A DNA stretch of 64,000 nucleotides from Escherichia coli. GTDB taxonomy: Bacteria; Pseudomonadota; Gammaproteobacteria; Enterobacterales; Enterobacteriaceae. The notes beneath the pieces are model-generated. The model was not told where the DNA came from. It searched no databases and worked only from the letters and a program-made list of their open reading frames with translations. A program made the position numbers and the translations under genes. Shown in pieces: positions 9,009 through 20,065 of this stretch. The stretch is taken from assembly GCF_024502345.1 (NCBI RefSeq), contig NZ_JALDNN010000001.1; one strand, written 5' to 3'. Position 1 is the first letter of the stretch. Every line of letters begins with the position of its first letter.

Positions 9009-11233
9009 TATCGTTCTGCCGTGAAAAGTGTTTGAATATCATCGCGTAACAGCTGAGCGTCGGTGTAAATCCAGCCGTGAGTCATCACAGTCTGCTGCAA
9101 TTGCTGTTGCATCAGCCTGACCACCGATTCATTTTGTTGACGCAGAGCCAGACTTTCGCGTAAACGCGTCTGTAATTCCGTCAAACATGAAGCGAACTCA
9201 GCGAAAAAAGTATTCATGCCTGCCGTAACAGATTCATCGACCTGCTCTGCCAGAACTTTAGCCATTTGTTGGCAATAGAGATCGACTTCTGCGCTTAATG
9301 CTCGTTGCAACACACTGTAATCAACCGTTTCTGTCGGGGATTTCTCATTTCCCCGTCCCCAGTCGGGCTGATTCAACCAGCGCGAAAAAGTCTCACGCAC
9401 AACGCCTAAACGCGTGCTCTGCTCGTCCGTTGCTTCCTGGCGCGAAATGACTTCACTGAACAGCTGGCGAGTGTTGAAGTGGGGAACTACGCCGTGAAAA
9501 ACAGGAAAATGAAACCCAGGACGAAACCCTGACTCGCTCAATTCTATTTTGATTTGTTGCTCAATGGGGCGAATAACATCGGTTAACACCCGGCAAAGGG
9601 TGGATTCCAGCTCGGCAAAACGCAGCGTAAAGTCGCGACTGATGGTGTTCTGCGCCGTCTGTAACAGTGTCTCACAGCGGGTACGAATCTCGCTTAATGA
9701 CCCCGAATCATCCTGAAACAAGGCGGCAAACTGCGCATTCAGCGCATCTTGCTGTTGACGCAGAAAGTGGTTGGCGGAGGTCAGGGCCAGCTCGATTTCA
9801 TGTTTAATCTCGCCGCTCACCTGCGCCTGATTGAGTTGCAATAGCTGCAAACTTTCTTCGACCTGATGGATATTTTGCCGCAATTGTTCACAAGCGACGT
9901 TTAACCCGTGCGCACGAAAATCCAGGTATTCCCGCGCCTGCTGCGCGTAATTCAACAGTTTATGCGCGGCAGATCGCAGAGCATACAACGAGGCGTTAGC
10001 GTAAGCGGCATGAAGCAACGCCTGAATTGGCTGGGCGAACAGCGAATCTTCCCACAACTGATCGGCAGCATGACGAATATGTTCGAGGTCCGCCAGATCG
10101 GCATGACGCCAGCGCCTGCCGAGCGCGGCATGGGCAAAATCTTCCACCCAGCGTTGTTGCTCTGGCGGTGGTAACTTACCGTTGTTGGCTAACTCATGGC
10201 GCGCCCGATTCGCCAGGTAGCCCCACATCGACGACACCGGAAATATCTGCTGTGGCGTAATACAGCCTTTCATCAGCGTCCCGGAAATCAGTGCCCGCAC
10301 CTGGTCGGCGTCGTCACTGTTACGATCCTGTTGATCGAACTTATTGACCAGCACATACAGCGGCACCGATTGCCCCACCGCCAAAATCGCCTCACGGACC
10401 TCTTCATCGGAGATCGATTTCAGTTGCGTATAATCCAGCACCGCCAGTACCGCCGAGGCGCGAGCCATCTGCTGGTTAAGCATTTTTTGCAGATGCGGTT
10501 GCCCGGCTTCATTTGGCCCGGGGGTATCCAGTAACGTCAACTGACCGGGATAACTCTCCAGCCCCGCCAGATGGACAAACTCCACTTCAATCACGGGAAT
10601 ATGCTCAATGGCGGCGTAAGCAGAAAAAGGAAAATCGACGTCCAGCGCCTTCGCCAGTCGCACTAAATCATTCAAACTTTTCAGACAATGAAAAATAGGC
10701 TGGGCACCCAGATAATATTTTTCGAAAGCGACGCCATTTTCGATCCGCTGCATAAGCGCACGCATATCTTTATCTATTTCCAGCACATCGGTCAGATGCT
10801 TAATATCGCAATCACGCAGGCGCTGTTGTAATTGTTGAATTAAACAATCGATTGGCGCGACATGTGAAAAATGCAGTACCGGTTCCTTTTGCCCGGGCGT
10901 ATGGCGAATAAGCGTTGGCAGCGCAGTCATAGGGCGATTGCGATTAGGCAGAACCTCCGTACCAACAATGGCATTAATGGTGGTTGATTTCCCTGCTTTC
11001 ATAGTACCGACAATCGCCAGCACCATTTCCAGTTGGGAAATTTTACGCAACTCATTATTCAGCATCGCGTGACGCTCGGCGATATTAGGCTGACTCCAGG
11101 GTAAAGCCAGTTGTGGCGCATCATCTCCGGGTACAGAGAGAGGCATTTTTTCCAGTAACTGCAACTGTTGGCGAGAAAGCTGTAACAGGCGTTCAGCCTC
11201 CTGACTTAACTCATACAGGGTCTGTGTGTACAT
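9005..11233 (-). CDS. crfC: Dynamin-like GTPase (clamp-binding sister replication fork colocalisation protein)
   Basis: 742-aa ORF with P-loop GTMKAGKSTT and coiled-coil-rich C-terminus. Confidence 0.9.
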   Translation of the reverse strand: MYTQTLYELSQEAERLLQLSRQQLQLLEKMPLSVPGDDAPQLALPWSQPNIAERHAMLNNELRKISQLEMVLAIVGTMKAGKSTTINAIVGTEVLPNRNRPMTALPTLIRHTPGQKEPVLHFSHVAPIDCLIQQLQQRLRDCDIKHLTDVLEIDKDMRALMQRIENGVAFEKYYLGAQPIFHCLKSLNDLVRLAKALDVDFPFSAYAAIEHIPVIEVEFVHLAGLESYPGQLTLLDTPGPNEAGQPHLQKMLNQQMARASAVLAVLDYTQLKSISDEEVREAILAVGQSVPLYVLVNKFDQQDRNSDDADQVRALISGTLMKGCITPQQIFPVSSMWGYLANRARHELANNGKLPPPEQQRWVEDFAHAALGRRWRHADLADLEHIRHAADQLWEDSLFAQPIQALLHAAYANASLYALRSAAHKLLNYAQQAREYLDFRAHGLNVACEQLRQNIHQVEESLQLLQLNQAQVSGEIKHEIELALTSANHFLRQQQDALNAQFAALFQDDSGSLSEIRTRCETLLQTAQNTISRDFTLRFAELESTLCRVLTDVIRPIEQQIKIELSESGFRPGFHFPVFHGVVPHFNTRQLFSEVISRQEATDEQSTRLGVVRETFSRWLNQPDWGRGNEKSPTETVDYSVLQRALSAEVDLYCQQMAKVLAEQVDESVTAGMNTFFAEFASCLTELQTRLRESLALRQQNESVVRLMQQQLQQTVMTHGWIYTDAQLLRDDIQTLFTAERY

Positions 11234-11634
11234 AGAAAATTCTTCCTTAAAGCAAATTTTGTTACTTTTATTTAGCCAGATTGTTTTTGAGTTCTGTTTT
11301 CGGCTTTTATAATTACTGCAAGAAATAATTTTATATTTAGCGTGTTGTTTTTTATTATAATAAATAACGTCTTCCGATACGTTTAAAACGTCAGAAAGAT
11401 AAAAATATCATGTGAATTAAAAAAAGAACAAGTAGAGCATTAACATTATCTTAAATAATAAATAGAGGCAAAAAGATTATTTTCTTTTTGCGTTCCCTTT
11501 CAAATGAAAACGATCGTCGTCTAAAATCAGCAGTACCCCCGACAAACTCAGGGATTTTGTGTATAATTGCGGCCTTTTTCGGCAATCTGCCGTTTTTTGG
11601 CGCTTTTGCCCTGCTGACTTTTGAGGAAATCCAC

Positions 11635-11970
11635 ATGTCATTACCACACTGCCCAAAATGCAACTCCGAATACACCTACGAAGATAACGGCATGTACATC
11701 TGCCCGGAATGTGCCTACGAATGGAACGACGCAGAACCTGCACAGGAAAGCGACGAGCTGATCGTTAAAGATGCTAACGGCAATCTGCTGGCTGACGGCG
11801 ACAGCGTTACCATCATTAAAGATCTGAAGGTGAAAGGTAGCTCTTCGATGCTGAAAATTGGCACCAAAGTGAAAAACATCCGCCTGGTTGAAGGCGACCA
11901 TAACATCGATTGCAAAATCGACGGTTTTGGTCCGATGAAACTGAAATCTGAGTTTGTGAAAAAGAACTGA
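11635..11970 (+). CDS. yjdM: PhnA-like zinc-ribbon protein
   Basis: 111-aa product [26 protein letters not shown]...; the tool ORF from 11488 is an upstream extension with no support. Confidence 0.88.
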
Positions 11971-11987
11971 TTGTATTGTGATCGGTA

Positions 11988-12165
<178 letters not shown>

Positions 12166-12227
12166 CCTCTCATCTGTATAAATTTCGAACTACACTTAAC
12201 TGGCTTCTCTTAACTGAGGTCACCATC

Positions 12228-12671
12228 ATGCCGTTAAGTCCCTACCTCTCTTTTGCCGGTAACTGTGCCGACGCAATTGCTTATTATCAACGTACGTTGG
12301 GCGCTGAACTGCTCTATAAAATCAGCTTCGGCGAAATGCCAAAATCAGCGCAGGACAGCGCCGAGAACTGCCCTTCCGGAATGCAATTTCCCGATACCGC
12401 CATCGCCCACGCCAATGTGCGCATTGCCGGAAGCGACATCATGATGAGCGATGCCATGCCGTCAGGAAAAGCCAGCTACTCCGGCTTTACGCTGGTGCTC
12501 GATTCGCAACAGGTCGAAGAAGGAAAACGCTGGTTTGACAATCTTGCCGCTAACGGAAAAATCGAAATGGCCTGGCAGGAAACTTTCTGGGCGCATGGCT
12601 TTGGCAAAGTCACCGATAAATTTGGCGTACCGTGGATGATTAATGTCGTCAAACAACAACCAACGCAATAA
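12228..12671 (+). CDS. yjdN: VOC/glyoxalase-like protein (PhnB-like)
   Basis: 147-aa ORF in the conserved position upstream of phnC. Confidence 0.85.
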   Translation: MPLSPYLSFAGNCADAIAYYQRTLGAELLYKISFGEMPKSAQDSAENCPSGMQFPDTAIAHANVRIAGSDIMMSDAMPSGKASYSGFTLVLDSQQVEEGKRWFDNLAANGKIEMAWQETFWAHGFGKVTDKFGVPWMINVVKQQPTQ

Positions 12672-12726
12672 TCCGCCGGGAGGCCCGCCCTCCCGCACTG
12701 TCATCGAATTCCCGTTAACTCTTCAT

Positions 12727-12759
12727 CTGTTAGTCACTTTTAATTAACCAAATCGTCAC
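12727..12759 (+). promoter_or_regulatory. Pho box (PhoB binding repeats) of the phnC promoter
   Basis: Three 11-bp-phased repeats (ctgttagTCAC, ttttaatTAAC, caaatcgTCAC) 45-77 bp upstream of phnC; an extra CTGTCAT heptamer at 12698. Confidence 0.55.
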
Positions 12760-12803
12760 AATAATCCGCCACGATGGAGCCACTTTTTTAGGGAGGCTGC
12801 ATC

Positions 12804-13592
12804 ATGCAAACGATTATCCGTGTCGAGAAGCTCGCCAAAACCTTCAATCAGCATCAGGCGCTGCATGCGGTTGATCTGAACATTCATCACGGTGAAATGG
12901 TGGCTCTGCTTGGGCCGTCGGGTTCCGGCAAATCCACCCTTTTACGTCATTTAAGCGGTTTGATTACCGGCGATAAATCCGCCGGTAGCCATATCGAGCT
13001 ACTGGGCCGCACTGTCCAGCGCGAAGGCCGCCTGGCCCGCGATATCCGCAAAAGCCGCGCCAACACCGGCTACATCTTCCAACAATTCAACCTGGTGAAC
13101 CGCCTGAGCGTACTGGAGAACGTGCTGATTGGCGCGCTCGGCAGCACGCCGTTCTGGCGCACCTGTTTTAGCTGGTTCACCGGCGAGCAGAAACAGCGCG
13201 CGTTACAGGCGCTGACCCGCGTTGGCATGGTGCATTTTACCCATCAGCGCGTTTCCACCCTCTCCGGCGGCCAGCAGCAGCGTGTGGCGATTGCCCGCGC
13301 GCTGATGCAGCAGGCGAAGGTGATTCTGGCCGATGAACCGATCGCCTCGCTGGACCCGGAATCGGCGCGCATCGTGATGGACACCCTGCGCGACATAAAC
13401 CAGAACGACGGCATCACCGTGGTCGTCACGCTGCATCAGGTGGATTACGCCCTGCGCTACTGCGAGCGCATCGTCGCCCTGCGTCAGGGGCACGTCTTCT
13501 ACGACGGCAGCAGCCAACAGTTTGATAACGAACGTTTTGACCATCTCTACCGCAGCATTAACCGCGTCGAAGAGAACGCGAAAGCTGCCTGA
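12804..13592 (+). CDS. phnC: Phosphonate ABC transporter ATP-binding protein
   Basis: Walker [13 protein letters not shown] signature LSGGQQQR, Walker B ILADEP. Confidence 0.95.
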   Translation: MQTIIRVEKLAKTFNQHQALHAVDLNIHHGEMVALLGPSGSGKSTLLRHLSGLITGDKSAGSHIELLGRTVQREGRLARDIRKSRANTGYIFQQFNLVNRLSVLENVLIGALGSTPFWRTCFSWFTGEQKQRALQALTRVGMVHFTHQRVSTLSGGQQQRVAIARALMQQAKVILADEPIASLDPESARIVMDTLRDINQNDGITVVVTLHQVDYALRYCERIVALRQGHVFYDGSSQQFDNERFDHLYRSINRVEENAKAA

Positions 13593-13616
13593 CATCCCCA
13601 TCATTGAGGAAAACGA

Positions 13617-14633
13617 ATGAACGCTAAGATAATTGCCTCGCTGGCCTTCACCAGCATGTTCAGCCTCAGCACCCTGTTAACCCCGGCGCATGCCGAAGAG
13701 CAGGAAAAGGCGCTGAATTTCGGCATTATTTCAACGGAATCACAGCAAAACCTGAAACCGCAATGGACGCCGTTTTTACAGGATATGGAGAAGAAGCTGG
13801 GCGTGAAGGTCAACGCCTTCTTTGCCCCGGATTACGCGGGCATTATCCAGGGAATGCGCTTCAACAAAGTGGATATCGCCTGGTACGGCAACCTGTCGGC
13901 GATGGAAGCGGTGGATCGCGCCAACGGTCAGGTCTTCGCTCAGACCGTAGCGGCGGACGGATCGCCGGGTTACTGGAGCGTGTTGATCGTCAACAAAGAT
14001 AGCCCGATCAACAACCTGAACGATCTGCTGGCGAAGCGGAAAGATCTCACCTTCGGCAATGGCGATCCTAACTCCACCTCTGGCTTCCTCGTCCCCGGTT
14101 ACTACGTCTTTGCCAAAAACAATATCTCCGCTAACGACTTTAAGCGCACCGTCAACGCCGGGCATGAAACCAACGCGCTGGCCGTCGCCAACAAGCAGGT
14201 GGATGTTGCCACCAACAACACCGAAAACCTCGACAAGCTGAAAACCTCCGCGCCGGAGAAGTTGAAAGAACTGAAAGTGATCTGGAAGTCGCCGCTGATC
14301 CCAGGCGATCCGATCGTCTGGCGCAAAAATCTTTCCGAAACCACCAAAGACAAGATCTACGACTTCTTTATGAACTACGGCAAAACGCCGGAAGAAAAAG
14401 CGGTGCTGGAACGCCTGGGCTGGGCACCGTTTCGCGCTTCCAGCGACCTGCAACTGGTGCCGATTCGCCAGCTCGCGCTGTTTAAAGAGATGCAGGGCGT
14501 GAAAAGCAATAAAGGACTGAATGAGCAGGACAAGCTGGCAAAAACCACCGAGATTCAGGCGCAGCTGGATGACCTGGACCGCCTGAACAACGCGCTAAGC
14601 GCGATGAGTTCGGTGAGTAAAGCGGTGCAGTAA
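13617..14633 (+). CDS. phnD: Phosphonate ABC transporter periplasmic binding protein
   Basis: 338-aa ORF with signal peptide. Confidence 0.95.
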   Translation: MNAKIIASLAFTSMFSLSTLLTPAHAEEQEKALNFGIISTESQQNLKPQWTPFLQDMEKKLGVKVNAFFAPDYAGIIQGMRFNKVDIAWYGNLSAMEAVDRANGQVFAQTVAADGSPGYWSVLIVNKDSPINNLNDLLAKRKDLTFGNGDPNSTSGFLVPGYYVFAKNNISANDFKRTVNAGHETNALAVANKQVDVATNNTENLDKLKTSAPEKLKELKVIWKSPLIPGDPIVWRKNLSETTKDKIYDFFMNYGKTPEEKAVLERLGWAPFRASSDLQLVPIRQLALFKEMQGVKSNKGLNEQDKLAKTTEIQAQLDDLDRLNNALSAMSSVSKAVQ

Positions 14634-14635
14634 AT

Positions 14636-14728
14636 CGTAGGTCGGATAAGACGCCCCGGCGTCGCATCCGACAATGTGCAGGCGTTGATGCCGGATGCGG
14701 TGCAAGCACCTTATCCGGCCTACAGACC
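14636..14728. repeat. REP pair between phnD and phnE
   Basis: gtcggataagacg...gcgtcgcatccgac and gccggatgcgg...ccttatccggcc palindromic units. Confidence 0.75.
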
Positions 14729-14738
14729 GGAGCCAAAC

Positions 14739-15518
14739 ATGCAAACCATCACCATCGCCCCACCCAAGCGCAGCTGGTTCTCGCTTCTGAGCTGGGCCGT
14801 TGTACTCGCCGTGCTGGTCGTCTCGTGGCAGGGCGCGGAAATGGCCCCGCTCACGCTGATTAAAGACGGCGGCAACATGGCGACTTTCGCCGCCGACTTC
14901 TTCCCGCCTGATTACAGCCAGTGGCAGGATTACCTCACCGAAATGCTCGTCACGCTGCAAATCGCCGTCTGGGGCACGGCGCTGGCGGTGGTGCTCTCCA
15001 TCCCCTTCGGCCTGATGAGCGCCGAAAACCTGGTGCCGTGGTGGGTTTACCAGCCCGTTCGCCGCCTGATGGACGCCTGCCGCGCCATTAACGAAATGGT
15101 CTTCGCCATGCTGTTCGTGGTCGCCGTCGGCCTCGGCCCGTTCGCTGGCGTGTTGGCGCTGTTTATCCACACCACCGGCGTGCTCTCCAAACTGCTTTCC
15201 GAAGCGGTGGAAGCGATTGAACCCGGCCCGGTGGAAGGCATTCGCGCCACCGGCGCCAACAAGCTGGAAGAGATCCTTTACGGCGTGCTGCCACAGGTAA
15301 TGCCGCTGCTGATCTCCTACTCCCTCTATCGCTTCGAATCCAACGTCCGCTCGGCGACCGTCGTCGGCATGGTCGGTGCAGGCGGGATCGGCGTCACCCT
15401 GTGGGAAGCGATTCGCGGTTTCCAGTTCCAACAAACCTGCGCCCTGATGGTGCTTATCATCGTCACGGTCAGCCTGCTGGATTTCCTCTCTCAACGGTTG
15501 CGTAAGCACTTTATCTGA
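14739..15518 (+). CDS. phnE: Phosphonate ABC transporter permease (apparently intact)
   Basis: Continuous ~259-aa frame from MQTITIAPP to the stop; the tool ORF starts upstream inside the REP element. Confidence 0.88.
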   Translation: MQTITIAPPKRSWFSLLSWAVVLAVLVVSWQGAEMAPLTLIKDGGNMATFAADFFPPDYSQWQDYLTEMLVTLQIAVWGTALAVVLSIPFGLMSAENLVPWWVYQPVRRLMDACRAINEMVFAMLFVVAVGLGPFAGVLALFIHTTGVLSKLLSEAVEAIEPGPVEGIRATGANKLEEILYGVLPQVMPLLISYSLYRFESNVRSATVVGMVGAGGIGVTLWEAIRGFQFQQTCALMVLIIVTVSLLDFLSQRLRKHFI

Positions 15519-15538
15519 TAAGCGAGGCATTGATATCT

Positions 15539-16264
15539 ATGCACTTGTCTACACATCCGACCAGCTACCCAACACGCTATCAGGAGATAGCCGCAAAACT
15601 TGAGCAGGAGCTTCGTCAACACTACCGCTGCGGCGACTATCTTCCCGCCGAGCAGCAACTGGCGGCGCGCTTTGAGGTGAACCGCCACACCCTGCGCCGC
15701 GCCATCGACCAACTGGTGGAAAAAGGCTGGGTACAGCGCCGTCAGGGCGTCGGCGTGCTGGTGCTGATGCGCCCGTTCGATTACCCGCTCAACGCCCAGG
15801 CGCGTTTTAGCCAGAACCTGCTGGATCAGGGCAGCCATCCCACCAGCGAAAAACTGCTGTCAGTATTGCGCCCGGCCTCCGGTCACGTCGCTGACGCGCT
15901 GGGGATCAAGGAGGGCGAGAACGTTATCCACCTGCGCACCCTGCGCCGGGTCAACGGCATCGCGCTCTGTTTAATCGACCACTACTTCGCGGACCTCACC
16001 CTCTGGCCGACGCTGCAACGCTTCGACAGCGGCTCGCTGCACGATTTTCTGCGCGAGCAAACCGGGATTGCACTGCGCCGCAGCCAGACACGGATCAGCG
16101 CCCGCCGCGCCCAGGCCAAAGAGTGCCAGCGTCTTGAAATCCCGAATATGTCGCCGCTGCTGTGCGTGCGCACCCTTAACCACCGTGACGGTGAAAGCAG
16201 CCCGGCGGAGTACTCCGTCAGCCTGACGCGCGCCGACATGATTGAATTCACTATGGAGCACTGA
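15539..16264 (+). CDS. phnF: GntR-family repressor of the phn operon
   Basis: N-terminal GntR HTH plus UTRA-like C-terminus; ATG at 15539. Confidence 0.9.
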   Translation: MHLSTHPTSYPTRYQEIAAKLEQELRQHYRCGDYLPAEQQLAARFEVNRHTLRRAIDQLVEKGWVQRRQGVGVLVLMRPFDYPLNAQARFSQNLLDQGSHPTSEKLLSVLRPASGHVADALGIKEGENVIHLRTLRRVNGIALCLIDHYFADLTLWPTLQRFDSGSLHDFLREQTGIALRRSQTRISARRAQAKECQRLEIPNMSPLLCVRTLNHRDGESSPAEYSVSLTRADMIEFTMEH

Positions 16265-16717
16265 ATGCACGCAGATACCGCGACCCGCCAGCACTGGATG
16301 TCCGTACTGGCACACAGCCAACCGGCAGAACTGGCAGCCCGCCTGAACGCGCTGAACATCACCGCCGACTATGAGGTGATCCGCGCCGCCGAAACCGGCC
16401 TGGTGCAGATTCAGGCGCGAATGGGCGGCACCGGCGAACGCTTTTTTGCCGGCGACGCCACGCTCACCCGCGCCGCCGTACGCCTGACTGACGGCACGCT
16501 CGGCTACAGCTGGGTGCTGGGGCGCGACAAACAGCACGCCGAACGCTGCGCGCTGATTGACGCGCTGATGCAGCAATCTCGCCACTTTCAAAACTTATCA
16601 GAAACGCTTATTGCCCCGCTGGACGCTGACCGTATGGCACGCATTGCCGCACGCCAGGCCGAAGTGAACGCCAGCCGGGTCGACTTCTTTACGATGGTTC
16701 GCGGAGACAACGCATGA
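16265..16717 (+). CDS. phnG: C-P lyase core complex subunit
   Basis: 150-aa ORF; operon position. Confidence 0.92.
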   Translation: MHADTATRQHWMSVLAHSQPAELAARLNALNITADYEVIRAAETGLVQIQARMGGTGERFFAGDATLTRAAVRLTDGTLGYSWVLGRDKQHAERCALIDALMQQSRHFQNLSETLIAPLDADRMARIAARQAEVNASRVDFFTMVRGDNA

Positions 16718-17298
16718 CCCTGGAAACCGCTTTTATGCTTCCCGTGCAGGATGCCCAGCACAGTTTTCGTCGCCTGTTAAAGGCCATGAGCGAGCCGGGC
16801 GTGATTGTCGCCCTGCATCAGCTTAAACGCGGCTGGCAGCCGCTGAATATCGCCACCACCAGCGTGCTGCTGACGCTGGCCGATAACGACACGCCGGTGT
16901 GGCTTTCTGCCCCATTAAGTAACGATATAGTCAGCCAGAGCCTGCGTTTTCATACCAACGCGCCGCTGGTCAGCCAGCCGGAACAGGCGACCTTCGCGGT
17001 AACGGATGAGGCGATTTCCAGCGAACAGCTTAACGCCCTTTCAACCGGCACCGCCGTTGCGCCGGAAGCGGGCGCGACGCTGATTTTACAGGTCGCCAGC
17101 CTGAGCGGCGGGCGCATGTTGCGCCTCACCGGCGCGGGCATTGCCGAAGAACGAATGATCGCCCCGCTGCTGCCGGAGTGCATTCTGCACGAACTCACCG
17201 AGCGCCCGCACCCGTTCCCGCTCGGCATCGACCTGATCCTGACCTGCGGCGAGCGCCTGCTGGCTATTCCGCGAACCACTCATGTGGAGGTGTGCTGA
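16714..17298 (+). CDS. phnH: C-P lyase core complex subunit
   Basis: 194-aa ORF, translationally coupled to phnG. Confidence 0.92.
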   Translation: MTLETAFMLPVQDAQHSFRRLLKAMSEPGVIVALHQLKRGWQPLNIATTSVLLTLADNDTPVWLSAPLSNDIVSQSLRFHTNAPLVSQPEQATFAVTDEAISSEQLNALSTGTAVAPEAGATLILQVASLSGGRMLRLTGAGIAEERMIAPLLPECILHELTERPHPFPLGIDLILTCGERLLAIPRTTHVEVC

Positions 17299-18362
17299 TG
17301 TACGTTGCCGTGAAAGGGGGCGAAAAGGCGATCGATGCCGCACACGCCCTGCAAGAGAGCCGACGCCGGGGCGATACCGATTTGCCTGAACTGAGCGTCG
17401 CCCAGATTGAACAGCAGCTTAATCTTGCGGTGGATCGCGTGATGACCGAAGGCGGCATTGCCGACCGCGAACTGGCGGCGCTGGCGCTGAAACAGGCCAG
17501 CGGCGATAACGTCGAAGCAATTTTCCTGCTGCGCGCCTACCGCACCACGCTGGCGAAGCTGGCGGTGAGCGAACCGCTCGACACCACCGAGATGCGTCTC
17601 GAACGGCGTATCTCCGCTGTTTATAAAGATATTCCCGGCGGCCAACTGCTTGGCCCAACCTACGACTACACCCATCGCCTGCTCGATTTCACCCTGCTGG
17701 CAAACGGCGAAGCGCCGACGCTGACCACCGCCGACAGCGAACAACAGCCGTCGCCGCACATTTTCAGCCTGCTGGCGCGTCAGGGGCTGGCGAAGTTTGA
17801 AGAGGATAGCGGCGCACAGCCGGATGACATCACCCGCACGCCGCCGGTTTACCCCTGCTCACGTTCTTCCCGTTTGCAGCAGTTGATGCGCGGCGACGAA
17901 GGCTATTTGCTGGCGCTGGCCTACTCCACCCAACGCGGTTACGGGCGCAACCACCCGTTCGCGGGTGAAATCCGCAGTGGTTACATCGACGTGTCGATTG
18001 TGCCGGAAGAGCTGGGATTTGCGGTGAACGTCGGCGAATTGCTGATGACTGAGTGTGAAATGATCAACGGTTTTATCGACCCGCCGGGTGAGCCGCCGCA
18101 CTTCACGCGCGGCTACGGGCTGGTGTTCGGCATGAGCGAGCGCAAAGCGATGGCGATGGCGCTGGTCGATCGTGCGTTGCAGGCTCCGGAGTACGGCGAG
18201 CACGCGACAGGCCCGGCGCAGGATGAAGAGTTCGTGCTGGCGCATGCCGACAACGTCGAAGCCGCAGGCTTTGTCTCGCACCTCAAACTCCCGCACTACG
18301 TCGATTTCCAGGCCGAACTGGAGCTACTCAAACGTCTGCAACAGGAGCAGAACCATGGCTAA
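17298..18362 (+). CDS. phnI: C-P lyase subunit PhnI (ribosyl transfer to phosphonate)
   Basis: 354-aa product from [12 protein letters not shown]; the tool ORF from 17178 is an in-frame upstream extension. Confidence 0.92.
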   Translation: MYVAVKGGEKAIDAAHALQESRRRGDTDLPELSVAQIEQQLNLAVDRVMTEGGIADRELAALALKQASGDNVEAIFLLRAYRTTLAKLAVSEPLDTTEMRLERRISAVYKDIPGGQLLGPTYDYTHRLLDFTLLANGEAPTLTTADSEQQPSPHIFSLLARQGLAKFEEDSGAQPDDITRTPPVYPCSRSSRLQQLMRGDEGYLLALAYSTQRGYGRNHPFAGEIRSGYIDVSIVPEELGFAVNVGELLMTECEMINGFIDPPGEPPHFTRGYGLVFGMSERKAMAMALVDRALQAPEYGEHATGPAQDEEFVLAHADNVEAAGFVSHLKLPHYVDFQAELELLKRLQQEQNHG

Positions 18363-19200
18363 TCTGAGCGGCTACAACTTTGCCTACCTCGACGAGCAGA
18401 CCAAACGCATGATCCGCCGCGCCATCTTAAAAGCGGTGGCGATCCCCGGTTATCAGGTGCCGTTTGGCGGGCGTGAGATGCCGATGCCGTACGGCTGGGG
18501 AACCGGCGGTATTCAGCTTACCGCCAGCGTGATTGGCGAAAGCGACGTGTTGAAGGTGATTGACCAGGGCGCGGATGACACCACCAACGCCGTGTCGATT
18601 CGCAACTTTTTCAAGCGCGTGACCGGGGTAAACACCACCGAGCGCACGGACGATGCAACGGTCATCCAGACGCGTCACCGCATCCCCGAAACGCCGCTGA
18701 CCGAAGATCAGATAATTATTTTCCAGGTGCCGATCCCGGAACCACTGCGCTTTATCGAGCCGCGCGAAACGGAAACCCGCACCATGCACGCGCTGGAGGA
18801 GTACGGCGTGATGCAGGTGAAACTGTATGAAGATATCGCCCGCTTCGGTCATATCGCCACTACCTACGCCTATCCGGTGAAGGTGAACGGGCGCTACGTA
18901 ATGGACCCATCGCCGATCCCGAAATTCGATAACCCGAAAATGGACATGATGCCCGCCCTGCAACTGTTCGGCGCCGGGCGTGAGAAGCGCATCTATGCGG
19001 TGCCGCCGTTTACCCGCGTGGAAAGCCTCGATTTCGACGATCACCCGTTCACCGTTCAGCAGTGGGATGAGCCATGCGCCATCTGCGGATCGACCCACAG
19101 CTATCTTGATGAAGTGGTGCTGGATGACGCCGGAAACCGCATGTTTGTCTGCTCCGATACCGATTATTGCCGCCAACAGAGCGAGGCAAAAAGCCAATGA
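18355..19200 (+). CDS. phnJ: C-P lyase catalytic subunit (radical SAM, carbon-phosphorus bond cleavage)
   Basis: 281-aa product from MANLSGYNFAYLDEQ; C-terminal Cys cluster CAICGS...CSDTDYC. Confidence 0.92.
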   Translation: MANLSGYNFAYLDEQTKRMIRRAILKAVAIPGYQVPFGGREMPMPYGWGTGGIQLTASVIGESDVLKVIDQGADDTTNAVSIRNFFKRVTGVNTTERTDDATVIQTRHRIPETPLTEDQIIIFQVPIPEPLRFIEPRETETRTMHALEEYGVMQVKLYEDIARFGHIATTYAYPVKVNGRYVMDPSPIPKFDNPKMDMMPALQLFGAGREKRIYAVPPFTRVESLDFDDHPFTVQQWDEPCAICGSTHSYLDEVVLDDAGNRMFVCSDTDYCRQQSEAKSQ

Positions 19201-19955
19201 ATCAACCGTTACTTTCGGTCAATAACCTGACCCACCTTTACGCGCCGGGCAAAGGCTTTAGCGATGTCTCTTTTGATTTATGGCCGGGGGAAGTGCTGGG
19301 CATTGTCGGGGAATCCGGTTCCGGGAAGACCACGCTGCTGAAATCAATTTCCGCGCGTCTGACGCCGCAGCAGGGGGAGATTCACTATGAAAACCGTTCC
19401 CTCTATGGCATGAGCGAGGCCGACCGCCGTCGCCTGCTGCGCACCGAATGGGGCGTGGTGCATCAGCATCCGCTCGACGGCCTGCGCCGCCAGGTGTCGG
19501 CAGGCGGCAATATCGGCGAGCGGCTGATGGCGACCGGGGCACGTCATTACGGCGATATTCGCGCCACCGCGCAGAAGTGGCTGGAAGAGGTGGAAATTCC
19601 CGCCAACCGGATCGACGACCTGCCGACCACCTTTTCCGGCGGCATGCAGCAGCGTTTGCAGATTGCCCGCAACCTGGTGACGCATCCGAAGCTGGTGTTT
19701 ATGGATGAACCGACCGGCGGGCTGGATGTGTCGGTGCAGGCGCGCCTGCTCGACCTGCTGCGCGGCCTGGTGGTGGAGCTGAATCTGGCGGTGGTGATTG
19801 TCACCCACGATTTAGGCGTCGCCCGCCTGCTGGCGGACCGTTTGCTGGTGATGAAGCAGGGGCAAGTGGTGGAGAGTGGGTTAACCGACCGCGTGCTCGA
19901 CGACCCGCACCATCCGTATACACAACTGCTGGTGTCATCGGTTTTGCAGAATTGA
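19197..19955 (+). CDS. phnK: C-P lyase-associated ABC-type ATPase
   Basis: 252-aa product with Walker [10 protein letters not shown]. Confidence 0.92.
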   Translation: MNQPLLSVNNLTHLYAPGKGFSDVSFDLWPGEVLGIVGESGSGKTTLLKSISARLTPQQGEIHYENRSLYGMSEADRRRLLRTEWGVVHQHPLDGLRRQVSAGGNIGERLMATGARHYGDIRATAQKWLEEVEIPANRIDDLPTTFSGGMQQRLQIARNLVTHPKLVFMDEPTGGLDVSVQARLLDLLRGLVVELNLAVVIVTHDLGVARLLADRLLVMKQGQVVESGLTDRVLDDPHHPYTQLLVSSVLQN

Positions 19956-19961
19956 GCCGGT

Positions 19962-20050
<89 letters not shown>

Positions 20051-20065
20051 ACCACGAGGCGAAAA

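Noticed and set aside
11240-11630. AT-rich 390-bp block upstream of crfC as possible horizontally acquired island or prophage remnant
   Set aside because: No integrase, tRNA or direct repeats; most simply a nucleoid-protein-bound divergent promoter region.
11488-11970. 160-aa ORF extending yjdM upstream
   Set aside because: The upstream 49 codons cross AT-rich promoter-like sequence; the conserved zinc-ribbon protein starts at the internal ATG (11635).
14636-14742. Expected K-12-type frameshift in phnE
   Set aside because: The frame is continuous through phnE in this sequence; the tool ORF's upstream extension is read-through of the REP element, not a second gene.
17178-18362. Longer 394-aa version of phnI starting inside phnH
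   Set aside because: The N-terminal 40 codons are an Arg/Pro/Ala-rich alternative frame of phnH; the translationally coupled ATG at 17298 gives the expected 354-aa product. Same logic applied to the extended tool ORFs for phnJ, phnK, phnL, proP, nrfA, nrfG, aphA and yjcB.
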